Source: Podarcis cretensis (lineage: Eukaryota). Taken from it: 64,000 nt of DNA. The notes beneath the pieces are model-generated. The model worked only from the letters and a program-made list of their open reading frames with translations. It was not told the DNA's origin and ran no database searches. The stretch is from the NCBI GenBank assembly GCA_951804945.1, contig OX638149.1, positions 31,372,001 to 31,436,000 on the forward strand, written 5' to 3'. Of the stretch, positions 47,950-61,830 are shown piece after piece. The first letter of the stretch is position 1; every line of letters starts with the position of its first letter. Made by a program: the position numbers and the translations under genes.

Positions 47950-49273
47950 CCCCACACACAATTTTTAAAAATAAATAAATGTGGTGATTATGGAGGAGAG
48001 GAGAAAGGAACTGAAAGTGGGGGGAGCTAAAGGTGAAAAAATATGTTTTAAAAAGTTCTAACTTGGTCAGACTGCAGGAGCCTGGCCTATCGACTCACAA
48101 GCAGAGCAATGCTTTGCCTGTTTAGTCCTGTAGGAGGCGCCATTCCAATGGGGGGCAATACCACCTAACTTCATGTAAACAGGATGATCAATAGGATGCA
48201 CCATGCTATCCTGTATAGCTTGGGGGACTGGGAAACACTGCATGAGGACACCTGCAACCTGCAAAAATGAGTGGGTGCAAATGGCTTAATTTTTCCAAGC
48301 CTCAGAGCCCTATCTGCCCTTCAGAACCCCTTTGCCCCAGGAAAAATGCATTCAATGCATTTGCAAGAAAAAATGCATTTGCAAGAAAAATTCATTCAAT
48401 GCTTCTATGAAAATGCAGGAGAGGGTGCATTCACAAGGCAGATGAAGAAAGCCCAGTTGGTGGGATGGTAGAGGAAATGGTAGGGATGGGGGTGACGAAA
48501 ACAAAACAAAACAAAACAAAATCAGTTCTGAGGCTTGAACAGAAATGGAAGTAGGATGGATATGCTGAGATTTGCAAGATCCATGAGGATATCAATCACA
48601 AATTAAGTTACAGTAATTATTCTGCATTTCACGCCGGCTACTTGAGTCTGAGGTTTGACAGCAGTGCAGTGACAGCACTAAATGAAAGTGCCCTATAGAA
48701 GGCAGACAAAGACGACGAGGGAAAACACAGCACATGTGAGTCATACCGTCCAAATCACTCTAGTTAAAGTTCCTGCAGCTGCAGAAGGTTCGCTGCTGTC
48801 TGAGATGGGAAGTTGTGAGTAGAAGTTAAAAGGTCTGTAGTGCGGCTTGGTTGCTTCACTAGACTGAGAAGCAATCCCCTCATTGCACCATGAAGCAGCT
48901 CCAGTTTTGGTCTAGGACTGCTTATTTGGGGGAGTGGAGTTACCTAACATACCAAGTTGTTGTACCCTCTTCCAATTCGCTTACTTGCCGATTTAAAACA
49001 AAACAAAAACCCAACTACTCAATGGTTGTTTCTCACTACGTGGGCATGCATTAAAAAGAATACAGGCAGAGAATGAAATACTAACTTTCCTCTGGGAAAG
49101 GTGACAACAGTGTGTGCAACTCTGTGTCTGTGTTGTGTGAAGCAATAGCGAGTATAGAGCTGAGGCAAAATTTCTCATATGAGTTTTTTCAGAAAAAAAA
49201 AATTCTCAACATTTTCTCTTCTGGGCTCTTTCCCAAAGAGGGCCATATTGCTGAATATTCTCCACTATTTATG

Positions 49274-49461
49274 CCGTTTATCTTCCCGCTGGAGCGGTAC
49301 CTATTTATCTACTTGCACTTTGACGTGCTTTCGAACTGCTAGGTTTGCAGGAGCAGGGACCGAGCAACGGGAGCTCACCCCATCGCGGGAATTCGAACTG
49401 CCGACCTTCTGATTGGTGAGTCCTAGGCTCTATGGTTTAACCCACAGTGCCACCTGCATCC
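49274..49461 (-). mobile_element. Sauria SINE, 5' half
   Basis: Collinear with 55685-55873. Confidence 0.85.
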
Positions 49462-52159
49462 TTCCTCCCCCCAATGTATCGTTACCCAAAGAATGGCTTT
49501 TGAAGGCAGGTGAACGTAATGTAATGCAGCTTCCCTCTCCCTGTAGTGTCTTCACTTTTTGCTTTCTTCCTATTAATTCTCTTTTCTGTGAAAAAAAAAA
49601 ACTTTTGATGCACTTCACCGGTGTGGGGGGAGAGTCACGGTGGCTTCAGATTCAGCCTTACCTCCTGCCTTGACTAAAGCTGTCAGTTTTCTAATCATCC
49701 TGTTGGTGCCACTCATGTTCCAGAAGTCCTTCAAACAGAGCTGTGCCAGTACCAGCCCTCTGCAGTATGAGAGCCATTCTACTGATCTGTTTGCTCTCTC
49801 TGCCTTTCTCCAGCGCAACCCTGCCAAGAGACATCTGTCCAACAAGTTTGAGATCAGATGTCCCCTCACTGACTTGATAACATCAGGCTTGGGAGGTTTT
49901 TTTCTTAATGGAAGGCAAATAATTCCAGCTTCGGAGCCCCCCTCCCCCCCCCTCTACATGCTGGATGTAGGCCCAGTCTGTCGGAAGTAAAAATAGCCGA
50001 GTGTGCAGAGGAGGTAGCACAAGCAATCAAGTTTAGTTTCTTTTTTCTTACCCGGAGACTAAAAATACCTCTAAAAGCTCCATGAAGCAAAGCCCTAGAC
50101 AGTGGGAAATGCAGCCCATTTGCTGTCATATTGAATTTGCAGGCTGTGCATCCTTTTCCGTTGAGTCCCTATGGCAGGGTAGGTCTCCTGACTTTCCATT
50201 CTGTATTTGATCCTTGGGGTACCACATACCCATACGTCTGTCTGCATTTCTGCTTGTGTGTATATGTGTGTGTCCGTATTTAAGAGTTTTTCTGCATGGC
50301 CAGTTTAAGGAGTCCCCATCACCTCAACTGTTCGCAACTTATTGCATCTTACTGCATTACTCATCCCTGCGCTTTTTATGACAAGGGTGTGTCTGGCTGC
50401 TTTGAAGATATGAAGCTGAGTTCTGTTACATAGCAATGTTTGTTACTATAATACACCCTGCTCTTTTTTTAATGTCTTGGTGCACATGTGGGGATGGGGG
50501 TATGTGTGCATGCCCACAGACATATACGCCCCCCCCATAGACATGAAAGTTTGCTGCTCACAATCTGCTACCTTACTCTTTCACTCGGTATGGCCAACCC
50601 TGCTACATCCCCATTGCCAGGCTATTTCCTACCATTAAAATCCACACTGCTATACAGAACACCATAAAAGCATTCACCAGAAGCAGCATTTTATTATCAT
50701 AATAGCCAAAAGAGAGAATGCACATATGGGATATCAATTAAGTCCGAAGAATCATATCATTTCCAGGGTGCAAGACCACCTATCGTCTGGAAATGGCCAA
50801 ACACAGGGACTGGGAGCCTCCAGGCCTTCGTATTTGGCCCTACAAGGCTGTTTTTCAAAAACCATGCCCATTTGCCCCACACCTGATATCTCAGAAAGCA
50901 GGATTGAACTCCCCATGCATCAGCTGATGAGTGAAGAGTTCAATCCTGCTTGGTCATTATCTCCCTCTACCATCATGGGCCAACTTTGACAGCTGGGTGG
51001 GACCACCCACATGCCAATCATTTGACATCATTGTGACACCAGCTGATTGACAGGTGAGTGGTCTGCCAGGGAAAAAATATTCCCCATCCCTGCCCTAAAA
51101 AACCCAGATTGCTATAAGAGAGAGGATGCAGTGGAACAAATCCTACATCAAGCATCTGGGACATTGGAAATGGTTTAATAGTAATCAAATTTGTTCTTAA
51201 AACTAGCGCTGAATACAACATTTCCAGCTCAGTTTTGCATGTTCATTCATAAATCCAATTAATCTGCAAATGTTTTGTTAATCCACAAAATATGTTTCTG
51301 TGTATACATTTCATCCCAAAATATGCAATTTAAATTTATATTGATACATTATTTTTAGTCAATGGGTATATAGCAAAATTAGGAGACGTGCAACCTTCTA
51401 ATGATAATTAGATAACTGTGACCAACACTTCACTCTGGGAGGTGATGAGGCCAGTTTGCATCAGAATTCACAGAAACTTAATTCCTCAAGCATCTCTCCT
51501 GAAAACATATCAGCATTGTTACAAACACAAAAAAACACAAATTGTTTTTCAAAGCACAATTGTCCTTCAGTGGGAGAACTTTCCTCCATGTGCTTTGTTC
51601 ACCTGAAGTATGCAGAAAAGTGGTATTTCTGGCACGGGTAGAAGCAGAATACTCTATAAATACAAAGCCATTAAACCCCATGCAGCCGCAACCTGATCAG
51701 GGCCGCCTTTTAATTTCCTGACATGAGCTGGCCACTAACCCAATTACCCAGAATCCCCGGAGGAGTCCTCAGCCTTCCCAGGAAGCACAAAGAGAAAGTG
51801 CAAGCATATTGCATGGATGTCAGCAGAGCTTTCACTGAAATCAAATATCTTTCAGAAAATGCACAGAATGGAAGGGGGGTTGGGGGAGGGGGGATCCCAG
51901 GGAACACTTGAGAAGCAGGGGGCACTTCTTGAACGGTTGTGCTCCACCGAAAGATACTTAAAGAGAAAGCAAGAGAAATAACCCGTTCAAATTAAGTCTT
52001 TATTTTAGCTAGCTGCTTGCATTACAGCAGTCAGTATAACAGAAGTGGATATAGAGTACTAGAGTGTGCTGTTTTCTGTTTAGTCGCAGTGTAAGAGAAA
52101 GGAATTACACATTTTTCCCCTGACACTGGTCCTCTCTGCTTCTAAGAATGATGTCAATC

Positions 52160-52641
52160 AACATTTGATGATCTCCTTCTACGGGTCCACAATAGAAAGT
52201 GCGTCACGGTGTGGTACGCTGGTTTGACATCAACTGATAGGAAGTGCCTACAGAGGGTGGTGAATACAGCATGAGATATTATGGGCTGTCCCATGAATCC
52301 GCTGGATGAAATAGCAGAAGAACGTTGCCTCAGGAGAGTGAGGAAAATTCTCAAGGATGATTCACACCCTGGCTGGCACTTTCTTGAACTCCTGCCCTCA
52401 GGCAAAAGATACAGAAGCATGATTAGTCGCACCAACAGGGTAAAGAACAGCTTCTATCCATGGGCTGTTAGGCTGCTGAATGAAAAGATAACAACAGGGC
52501 AACTGACTTTCGGGTTTGGTGTGTGTGTGTCAGTAAACGAGGGGAATTAAGACAAAGAGAGCTGAGTGGGGGGTGCTGGTGTAATCTTACTGTATACAAG
52601 TTTTGTACAAGTGACAATAAAGTATTTCAATTTCAATTCAA
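52160..52641 (+). mobile_element. Rex1/Babar-type LINE 3' fragment
   Basis: FY.STIES..VWY, LQRVV.TA, ILKDDSHPG, LLPSGKRYRS, TNRVKNSFYP.AVRLLN motifs; AATAAA then (TTTCAA)n tail. Confidence 0.8.
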
Positions 52642-52939
52642 GAACTATATGGCATGCAGACGTTGAGCAGCTGAAACAGATCCTAGCAGGGAGGTGTGGT
52701 CAATGGGGAAGCATCCCCAATGAAATTAAGCCTTTTGATGCAGGTGTTAAATCAGAGGGGTCCTGCAAGAGAATGTGTTACAGTGAGTGACCCTATTTTC
52801 CAGGGATAGTACCAGATTTACAGAAGCCGTCCCGGTTTCTGATTTGATCCTGGAATGTCCTGCTTTTCCTTAGGTCGAAAAATACGTCTGTATTTTCACT
52901 GGAGAAATGTCGGAGGGTATGCAGTGAGCTGTGCTCACA

Positions 52940-53105
52940 ATCTGCTGGATGGAAGGAGGAAATTTCTTAGAGGCTGGAATGAATGACCTCCTTTGCTGGA
53001 GGTATTTTAGCAGAGATGGAACAGCCATCTATGAGGGATGCTGTGATTGCACCCTGCACAGTGCAGTGTTGGAACAGATAGCCGCTGAAGTCCCTTAAAA
53101 CTCTA
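52940..53105 (+). mobile_element. Old CR1 3' fragment
   Basis: Similar to 2760-2960. Confidence 0.5.
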
Positions 53106-55085
53106 AAATTATATTGTTAAGCTACGCCAAGTAGGAGTGGAAGTCTATTGGAGGGTGGAATTCTGGGAAGGAGCAGCTGGGATTTGCTAGTTAAAGCAGT
53201 TAGCAGGTTTGGGATTAGAGTAGCAGGAAAATGGGGTTCTTAGTGTCATGGATGTTAGAGAAAAGTGGATTAGCTGTGATCACGGAAGTGGTTAATACAT
53301 TATTTCTCTTAGTTTTGAATTATTTTTGTAAATTCTTGTTGCCTAAGCAGCTTGCCTTGTAATCTCGGGTTCATGATTGGATTGTTGTTGAGTTTTATCT
53401 TGTAGAAATATCAAGAGAGAGAAAGGAAATATATTCACTCTCAAATTAAGCTTAATACAGCTAACCTCTTCTCTTAGCCTTTTTAACCCTGTCCTCTTCT
53501 GCTAGCTTTTCCTCTTAGTTCGGTGTTTTCTAATCGGTTTCTGCTCACATGCTTAGATTTTTGTTCCTCTCCATTTCCTATGCTTTATTCCTATCTCTGG
53601 GAGAGTAAAAAAGATTTTGAAAGGTGAAGAACCTGGTAACTTGTATTGTTAACACTGCTTGCTAACACAATGAGATAAACGTCATGGAAATATTATTTGA
53701 CTTTCTATGCAATTCAGGGTGGGGAGCAGGTTCACAGGAAAGGAAGTCAAACATGACCTCAAGTCAAGTGTTTTGATGTGAAACGTAGCAGAAATATTGT
53801 TTAGGAAATTCTGAAATACAAATGAATCGGACTTCAGACAGGTCATTATTTAAGAGTAATGATCCAAGACGTTGTTTAAAATTAGAGATTATTGCTCATG
53901 ATGAGTTTAAGGCGTACAGATATTAAAGCCAGTTCAAGGAAAATTTAAGGACACCTTAACCCCTTGCATCATCCTGACTTTCTCTCTTCTGTTTTGATAC
54001 AAGTTCAGAGAGATGATTTGGATAAGACTTTTTAAAGAAAGGCTATACTGTACTCTTGAGAGTCTTTATAAAACTTTTGCTTATTACCACTATGTCACTA
54101 CTGTTGTTTTGTACATTTAATAATTTATAGTTATCTATTACAATTATTTATAGCCTGCCTTTCAGGATTTAAGTCATTATTTAAGCCATTTATAGACAGC
54201 TTTCTATCAACAGCTCTTGAAGCAGTATCCAAGTACATAAGTATACAATAAGCACAATCTCTACTACAATTAAAGAAAAAAAGAAAACCAAAGCACACAG
54301 ATATTGAGACTTTTAACAATAATTGTATTGTCAATATCAAGACTTTTAACAATAATTGCATCAATATAAAATTATTAAATGTTTATGCATATATGTGTCC
54401 ACCTAAACAGGAAAGTAGTCAGGTTTTTAAAAAGCCCTGGATCTACTTTCTCACACGGCTATCAGCAACCTTAGCCTGAAAAAAAAAGGGGAAATTCCTT
54501 GAGAATTATTTTATTTTATTTTTTGCCATGCATTTCTGTCACAGTGATTCCGCCTTTGCTGCCTCTGTTTCTTGTTTCTCAGAGGTCTTTGCATGCCTGC
54601 TCCCCTCCAGCCCTTCCCAAAGAAAGGCTTTTCCCTGGAGGGAAAATGACAACAGGATTCATTCTACTGATCGCACAGGCTAAACATAACCCGCCAGTGT
54701 TTAGCTGTGTGTGTGCTAAGCTCTGCCCATGCCTGCTAACCCAAACCACCCGAGCTGCCTAATGCAGAGTAAATGGACAAAACAGCATTTTTCTGCACCA
54801 ACGCTTTGTAAGGTCACAATCGCAAGAGAATGACCTCAGTGCATGATCAGAAACATGGAATTTGATCTAAGAAAGCCTCGTTCAAAGAATTCACATTTGA
54901 AATGCGACCTCGCTTACTGTCATTTTCAGTCTCTCGTCTCCCTGCCTGCCCACCAAATAGATAAAATACTAGTCGAGTTTGAAGAGCCAAACAACTCTAT
55001 TGTGTTCCAACATGCAAGATTCCAACTTTCAGCACTCTTTGAAATATTTCCTAAAGGGTGAGTTTCATATTTTAGAATTCTAAGA

Positions 55086-55086
55086 A

Positions 55087-55132
<46 letters not shown>
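55086..55132. repeat. (ATT)n microsatellite
   Basis: Seen directly. Confidence 0.95.
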
Positions 55133-55133
<1 letters not shown>

Positions 55134-55512
55134 TGCCCATCAAAATATCTCAGGGCAGTTTGCAAGAAAAAAAGAGAGCTATGTATTTTTTAAAATAGCA
55201 TTACAAAGTCTTCCCTTGACTTTACCAGTTCAGACTGTAGGAGGAGTTACCTCTCTAGTTATACCTATGCAGCACATCAAAGAGAAAGGTACTCGGCTAT
55301 GCCTGTTCCTGATGTACTGGTTTTTTCCATATTCAAGGAGGGCACTGTTGCTGCTTTTAACATGGGGGGACACTCAAAAATATCAACCTCCACTTGGCAG
55401 TCTGAAATGCTGTCTACCAAATGATTTTACTGGATGTGTAGCTCAGTTTTAAGGTTTTCCGTTCCTAGTCTAGATTAATACTATCATCATGTATCAGATA
55501 TATATGTATATA

Positions 55513-55873
55513 AAAAGGTAAAGGTACCCCTGACCATTAGGTCCAGTCGCGGACAACTCTAGGGTTTCACGCTCATCTCACTCTATAGGCCGAGGGAGCC
55601 GGCGTTTGTCCGCAGACAGCTTCCAGGTCATGTGGCCAGCATGACTAAGCCGCTTCTGGAGAACCAGAGCAGCGCACGGAAACACCGTTTACCTTCCTGC
55701 CAGAGCAGTACCTATTTATCTACTTGCACTTTGATGTGCTTTTGAACTGCTAGGTTGGCAGGAGCAGGGACCGAGAAATGGGAGCTCACCCCGTCGCGGG
55801 GATTTGAACCACCGACCTTCTGTTCGGCAAGCCCTAGGCTCTGTGGTTTAGACCACAGCGCCACTCGCGTCCC
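55513..55873 (-). mobile_element. Full-length Sauria SINE (BovB-mobilised)
   Basis: Starts GGGACGCGAGTGGCGCTGTGGTCTAAACC, ends (ACCTTT)n; 14-bp TSD tatatatgtatata at 55499-55512 and 55874-55887. Confidence 0.92.
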
Positions 55874-58589
55874 TATATATGTATATATACGGTACCAATT
55901 AATTTCTAGGCAATGGTATCATTAAGACATAAAGACTAGCAAGGATGCCATTTATCTGGCCCTTGGAGCCATCACTACATGCAATATTGGATGCTAGGGT
56001 GGGGCTATCTGACCTGGCAGATGTGTTACTGATGCTTTCTGGGAGGGAAAGGGCAGGGGCAAGGCAGTGGGGAGGTCAGTACCATATGAATGTTCCAGCG
56101 GAGCCAATAGAGTGTTCCTGCTCACAGTCTCTTTGCCTTTCCCCTCTCCCTCCCAATAAGCAGCAGCAACTCCACCACCAGGCGGTCAGGTAAGTCCCGC
56201 CCCACAACTAGTTGACTATTTGTCAACCAATGCAGAACTAGAATTGTACAACTTAAGATGCCAATGGCAAATGGAAGCAGCAGCTCCATAGTTGCATGTT
56301 GAGCTACAGATCCCAACCTTTGACACCAAATGGATGCAACAGTGGCAAATCCTTGTAGGAATAAAGATGGTTAACTACAGGTAAGAAAGCTGGCATGTTA
56401 AACACATGTGCGCTGGGCTTATATATCAGGTTTGACATAGACAGTTTCCCACACTGTGTTTTATCCACATGCTATAGTGAGTTTCCACTCTGCAGCGTCA
56501 TGAGGGAAGAAACTGAGATGGCCCGGCGCACATGCATTCCCTGAGTTGCACTGCATTGATTAGGGCTCTCTTAAGCAAAGTGGCCAGGATATCTGAGAAA
56601 CCTATTGATTGCTCACTCTGCTCCCTTCCTGCCTCTGTTTCTCAATCGCTTTCTGCATTGCCATAACAAACCCCCAGTGCTGGGTACATCACAAGGATAG
56701 TCTTTCACAGTCTTTAAGGATTCATTTGGAGCCTTCCTCTCCACCTCCCCCTGGCCCCTGTCACCATAACCTGACAAAGACAGTCTCTATTTCTGGCAAA
56801 TCTTGCCTTTTGGGTTTGTGCCTAAAAGGTCTTCTTAGGCTGCAGTCTGATCCCTGCTTACTGGGTTGTAAGGCCCACTGAATTCAATAGGACTTAGTTC
56901 TGAGCAGACATGGTTAGGATTGCACCACTAGTGTGTGAGCTCTATCACACAGCTCCTAACCAAAGTCCTACCTAAAGAGGATGAAGAAGGAAGCTTCTTC
57001 ATCCTTCATGGACTAGACTGCTGCTCACTTCTTCTTCCTTCCCCAAAGCCCTTGCAACTCATCTGAGGCTCAGGAGAGCATACAGCCATTGTCAGATGGG
57101 CTTCAGACAGACAGCAAGGGTCTTTCAGCTTGTAACCAGCAACACTCAACAAACTCTGCCAGTAAGTTTGAGGGAGAAGTAGATGTTTGCTGATGCCAAA
57201 CAGAAGAGAAGCTAGAGGCAGATGCCTGGAAATATCCAACAAACTTGTTTAGAGACTTTCTGGAGTAATGTTGAGTCATGATTTCAGTAACTACTGGATT
57301 CGTTAGACACGCGAGCTCCAAATAAATCTAACTGCGCTATGATGGCAAAAATGACCTTACAGTAACTTCAAAAAAAGACAACTCCCAATTATATTATTTA
57401 GCTCTGGGCACTTTGGAGATGACATTGTGCTCAGCTGGACTCTATTTTTAGTCTGTGTGAAAATGCCCCAAAGAACAAAACACCAAACGGGGAATCTCGT
57501 TATCCCTTTGTTAAGAAGATCTGTGTTTTCACTGGGATTTTCACCAGAACTTTATAGTAAGTGACTGGTAATGGGTCACAAGAGAAAATCAAGATTTTAA
57601 AAACTAGAAATTAAGAAGAGAGCTATCTTCTATAACTGCCAGAACTGTTGTGATCCTGACGTCTCTGGAGATGGCAAAAGCACATTGTATCTCTTTCAAA
57701 ACGGCAAGCAGCGGAGAATTATTTAATGTGGCATTTGGAAGTGTTGGTGATAGGGGACAATATGACGAATGGGATCCCGGAAGGAGAAACATATTACTTT
57801 GAATATCAAGGCTCTCTTCTGATCAGTATGAGGTGCTTCTCGTGGGAAGCACTTGGAACTTGTAAGGTTGACCTGGATATAATACTAGAAAAATGTGCAC
57901 TTGGGAACAACCCTGCCTTGACTGGGAGATTGAATGGATGATCTAAGAGAGCCAGAGGTAGGAAGAGCCAATGAACCCTTCATAAACTCAAATCCCCAGC
58001 CAATTCTGCATCTCTCTGCTGAAAGTCAAACAATTTTGGATTTGTTCTTCCTAGAAAATTGCTGACTCCTTGGAGACTAAATACCACAAAACTATTTTTT
58101 CTTGCCTTTCTTGGGTTTTTTAAAGCCATTGTATTGACTGAATTCCTTTTATTCTGCAAATAATATTACTGCAGATAATAATAGTAATAACAATGCTACA
58201 ATGATTGTTGCTAGTAGTTGCAGACTTTATAGCAGTAACAATAGCTCATGGCTACCTGCATACATATGTATATTATCATAGGATGGAAGTATAAATGATC
58301 ATGACAAACAGCAGCAATCTGAGGCCTGGCAACAGGCATGTCCTGAATTACTACTATTAATGGTTGCACATATAATATGATTACATGTTCAATTAAAGCA
58401 GTGTGCCTTTGAAGCAGTGTAATCTAAACTTCAGTGCTGCAAAGCCCATATGAGATAAAGAACTGGACCCTAAGTGGATGCTGGAATGAATGTGGTTTGA
58501 AGCTGTAAAGGAAAAGAGCAAATCAGAGTAAGTAAAATGGAAGAATCCAAGGGAGAGTTCATCTTTCCCGGCTTCCGAGGGACAACACA

Positions 58590-58780
58590 TCGCTAGGTCA
58601 CTCCACCACCTTCAAAGCAGGCTAATTTCTCTCTCTGAATCCATCACCATCCTAATCTAAAAGCAAGGTCACGAAGGGTCACAGGCCTGAGCTCACCAAT
58701 GTCAGGAGAGCTCCAGTCGAGAGAGTGAGCGAGAGGCAGAAATTTAACCTCAGATAAGATCTGTCAATCAAAGGGCAAAA
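58590..58780. promoter_or_regulatory. Candidate intronic enhancer (DR4, GATA, PBX-MEIS and TCF/LEF motifs)
   Basis: AGGTCA at 58595; AGGTCAcgaaGGGTCA at 58666-58681; AGATAA near 58752; CTGTCAATCA at 58761-58770 overlapping ATCAAAG. Motif evidence only. Confidence 0.35.
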
Positions 58781-59358
58781 CAGGGTTTAAATCTACATTA
58801 CTAGCAGCACTAGCTTTTTATCACTCTTGCAACACCTCAGAGGAAAGCACTATGGCTTCCAATTCATCTCTGGCTTCCACAGATGGCAGCCTGCCTGCTT
58901 TGGCTGAAATGCTGGGCTGGAGCACTCTCCAGTGCTGATATCCTTTCTGTGTGGGTTAGGCTGTGAGGCAGCTGTGCTTTTCCAAGTACATCGATGCAGA
59001 GAGTTACAAGTGCTACATTTCCTCCCTGCCCCCCCCCCAATCCTTCCATTCTGGAGGGAGCCCAGGGAAATGAAGCTTTGAAGCCAATCCATAAGAATGT
59101 GTTTAATTGCCATTGAATTCCCAGTGGCGCACCTTGAATGGATGGATGGAGGGGGGGGGAGGAGAGGAGCACAAGGGGATGAGCCAAGCACTGTTCAGAC
59201 AACACTGAGCAGATCAATAGGTGGGGTGAGATGGTGGGCTGAGCACTGCAGGGCAAAGGAGACCACCTGCACAGGGACAAAGGCCTCTCTCCAGCCAGGA
59301 ATGTTTATCTCCTCTCAGAACAAATGGACTATGATCAAACTTCCTTCCCAGTCGTGCC

Positions 59359-59740
59359 TAGGGATGGGGTGTATGTGTGTGAATTTGATTCAGTTTGCAT
59401 CAGAAGGCCAGCTAGCATAACACACACTTTCTGAAACAATAGAAGAACCGAAACACAACCACCTTTCAAAATTCACACTTCACCAGGTTTTGTAACGCAG
59501 TTCTCCAGTCAAGTAATGTGTACAAAAGGCATGTAAAGGAGTTTGTGTGTGTATAAAAATGCATGTCTTGGAGCGGGTGGAGACATACAAAATGCATTCT
59601 ATGAGGGGGAAATGCTTTGCGAAAAAGTTTATAGTAGGTGAGATTTGCATTACAAGGCAAATACGTTTTCACAAGGACTAAAAAAAAATAAATCCCACCA
59701 ACTGATATGGGACTGAAATGGACAGGTTTACTCAACCCTT
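59359..59740 (+). mobile_element. Family H hAT-like element
   Basis: Begins TAGGGATG (Ac-like TIR); collinear with the other family H copies. Confidence 0.6.
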
Positions 59741-59843
59741 CTCATTCTAACCACGCATTCTTCTGCAAACACCCTAATGTTCAGTGCACAGTTCTGTTTT
59801 TAGATGTATGGAATCTTATAGCTTGTAGCATGCCACTTCTGTA

Positions 59844-59995
59844 CAGTGGCGTAGCGTGGGTTGTCAGCACCCGGGGCAAGGCAAGTAATTTGCGCCCCCT
59901 AACCCGTGGATTTGCGCCCCGTAACCCTACCCCCCAGATGTTGTGCCCGGTGCGGCTGGGCCCCCCCCCCCTGCACCCCCCATGCTACGCCACTG
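59844..59995. mobile_element. Young 152-bp hAT MITE
   Basis: TIRs CAGTGGCGTAGC / GCTACGCCACTG; perfect 8-bp TSD cttctgta (59836-59843 and 59996-60003). Confidence 0.9.
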
Positions 59996-60832
59996 CTTCT
60001 GTAAATGTTTCTTATAAAATAAATGTGTACAAATAAATGGGGAATGAAAGGAATGATTCTCCAGCCATTTTTAAGTGCCTATAATGAAAGAGAAAGGGAA
60101 TGCCACTGCTCAGATGACTCCCCCCCCCTTTTTTTTTTAAAGGAAAAGGCATTTTTCATGTGTGGAAAATAAGCCAAGTGCAACCCCTCTGAGGAGGGTT
60201 TCCAATGGAACAAAATATCAATGCAAACAGCACAATAGACTAAAAAAGACAGCAGCATATTGCGTTGGGAGCCATGGCACCATCTGCACATATCCATCAG
60301 TGTTGGAGTCCTACATTCTCGCCCAAATGTCATCTTCTAAGTCCTTTCTCTGGGTACCTCCACATTCTGAGATTAGGCAGGCCACAGAGAAATATTGTAT
60401 TTTTTTCAGGTGTAGTACCCAAACTGTGGAATGTGCTCCTCAGATTGGACTGGGGAATCTTAAGTTTTTCCAGTGCTGGGCAAATACCCTTTTATTTGCC
60501 AAAGCACCTCAAAACACATTTCCATTTTTTGTGGAAGCTGACCTAGGAGATCTGAAATTGAAGGTTGGGAGAACAACTCTTTGAAACAAACGAGCGAAAC
60601 ATGCATAACTGCAGTTAAGCACATATGCATTCTGACTGTGGTGTGTTAGGTTTCGATTTGCCTGCTTTTAACATTTTCAGTCAGGTCAGGAACAGAATTT
60701 CACTTTAACACAACCGGCATGTCATTGTGTTCTTCCCCTTGGTCACTCAGAATTCGAACCAACTCTAGCTGCTTCCTCCTTCACATCAAAAGCATAATCT
60801 GGCCTCAGTCAGAGAGAGGTGAGGGTTTTTTA

Positions 60833-61278
<446 letters not shown>

Positions 61279-61389
61279 TAGAAGAGAATATGACTGCAGG
61301 CTTTTATGCCCTCAGAAGTATTCTTCAAACAATAAAAAAGGAATCGCTGCTTTGACCAGTGCCGTTGTTACACGAGCCCTTCTACAAAT

Positions 61390-61830
61390 TGGGCAGGTGT
61401 ATCAGTTTTGATTTCTCACTTGTTTCTCAGTTTTCCAGTCCTAAATTTAATTCTCTACACTGCCACATCAGTTTGCAGGTTTTTCTTATGAAAAGGAAAA
61501 GTCCCCATGAAGATTCTTCAGCATTTTAGTATGAATGTCCTCTGGTTATTTCTAAAATGCATATGTTTGTATGCACTTTCGTCTAATATGCACATTTCTG
61601 CAAAGCAATTTCATGCATTCTCGCATGCCATTTTCACTAACTTGCATTTTTATACATGCATTTTATCCCAGTACGTGTGTGTTTGTACACATTACTTGGC
61701 CAGAGAACTGCATTGTAAAATTCAAAGAAGTGCAAATTTGAAGGATGGCTGTTTTTCGGTTCTCGTATTTTTCAGGAAATGCAAATTAGGTAGTACATGA
61801 AAACTGAATCAAATTTCTTTCCCACCCCTA
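61390..61830 (-). mobile_element. Family H hAT-like element
   Basis: Ends ...cccaccccta; reverse-complement homolog of the 59359 copy. Confidence 0.6.

Noticed and set aside
50920-50960. CTGATGAG as a hammerhead ribozyme core (also at about 4085 and 29305)
   Set aside because: No properly spaced GAAA with flanking stems could be built.
51044-51053. Second perfect PBX-MEIS decamer
   Set aside because: It lies inside a degraded MITE-like repeat (about 50800-51092) with no supporting motif cluster.
53110-54130. 1-kb stretch that looks like a decayed transposon 5' region or ORF
   Set aside because: I could not identify termini, a TSD, a second copy or a protein motif, so it is left unannotated.
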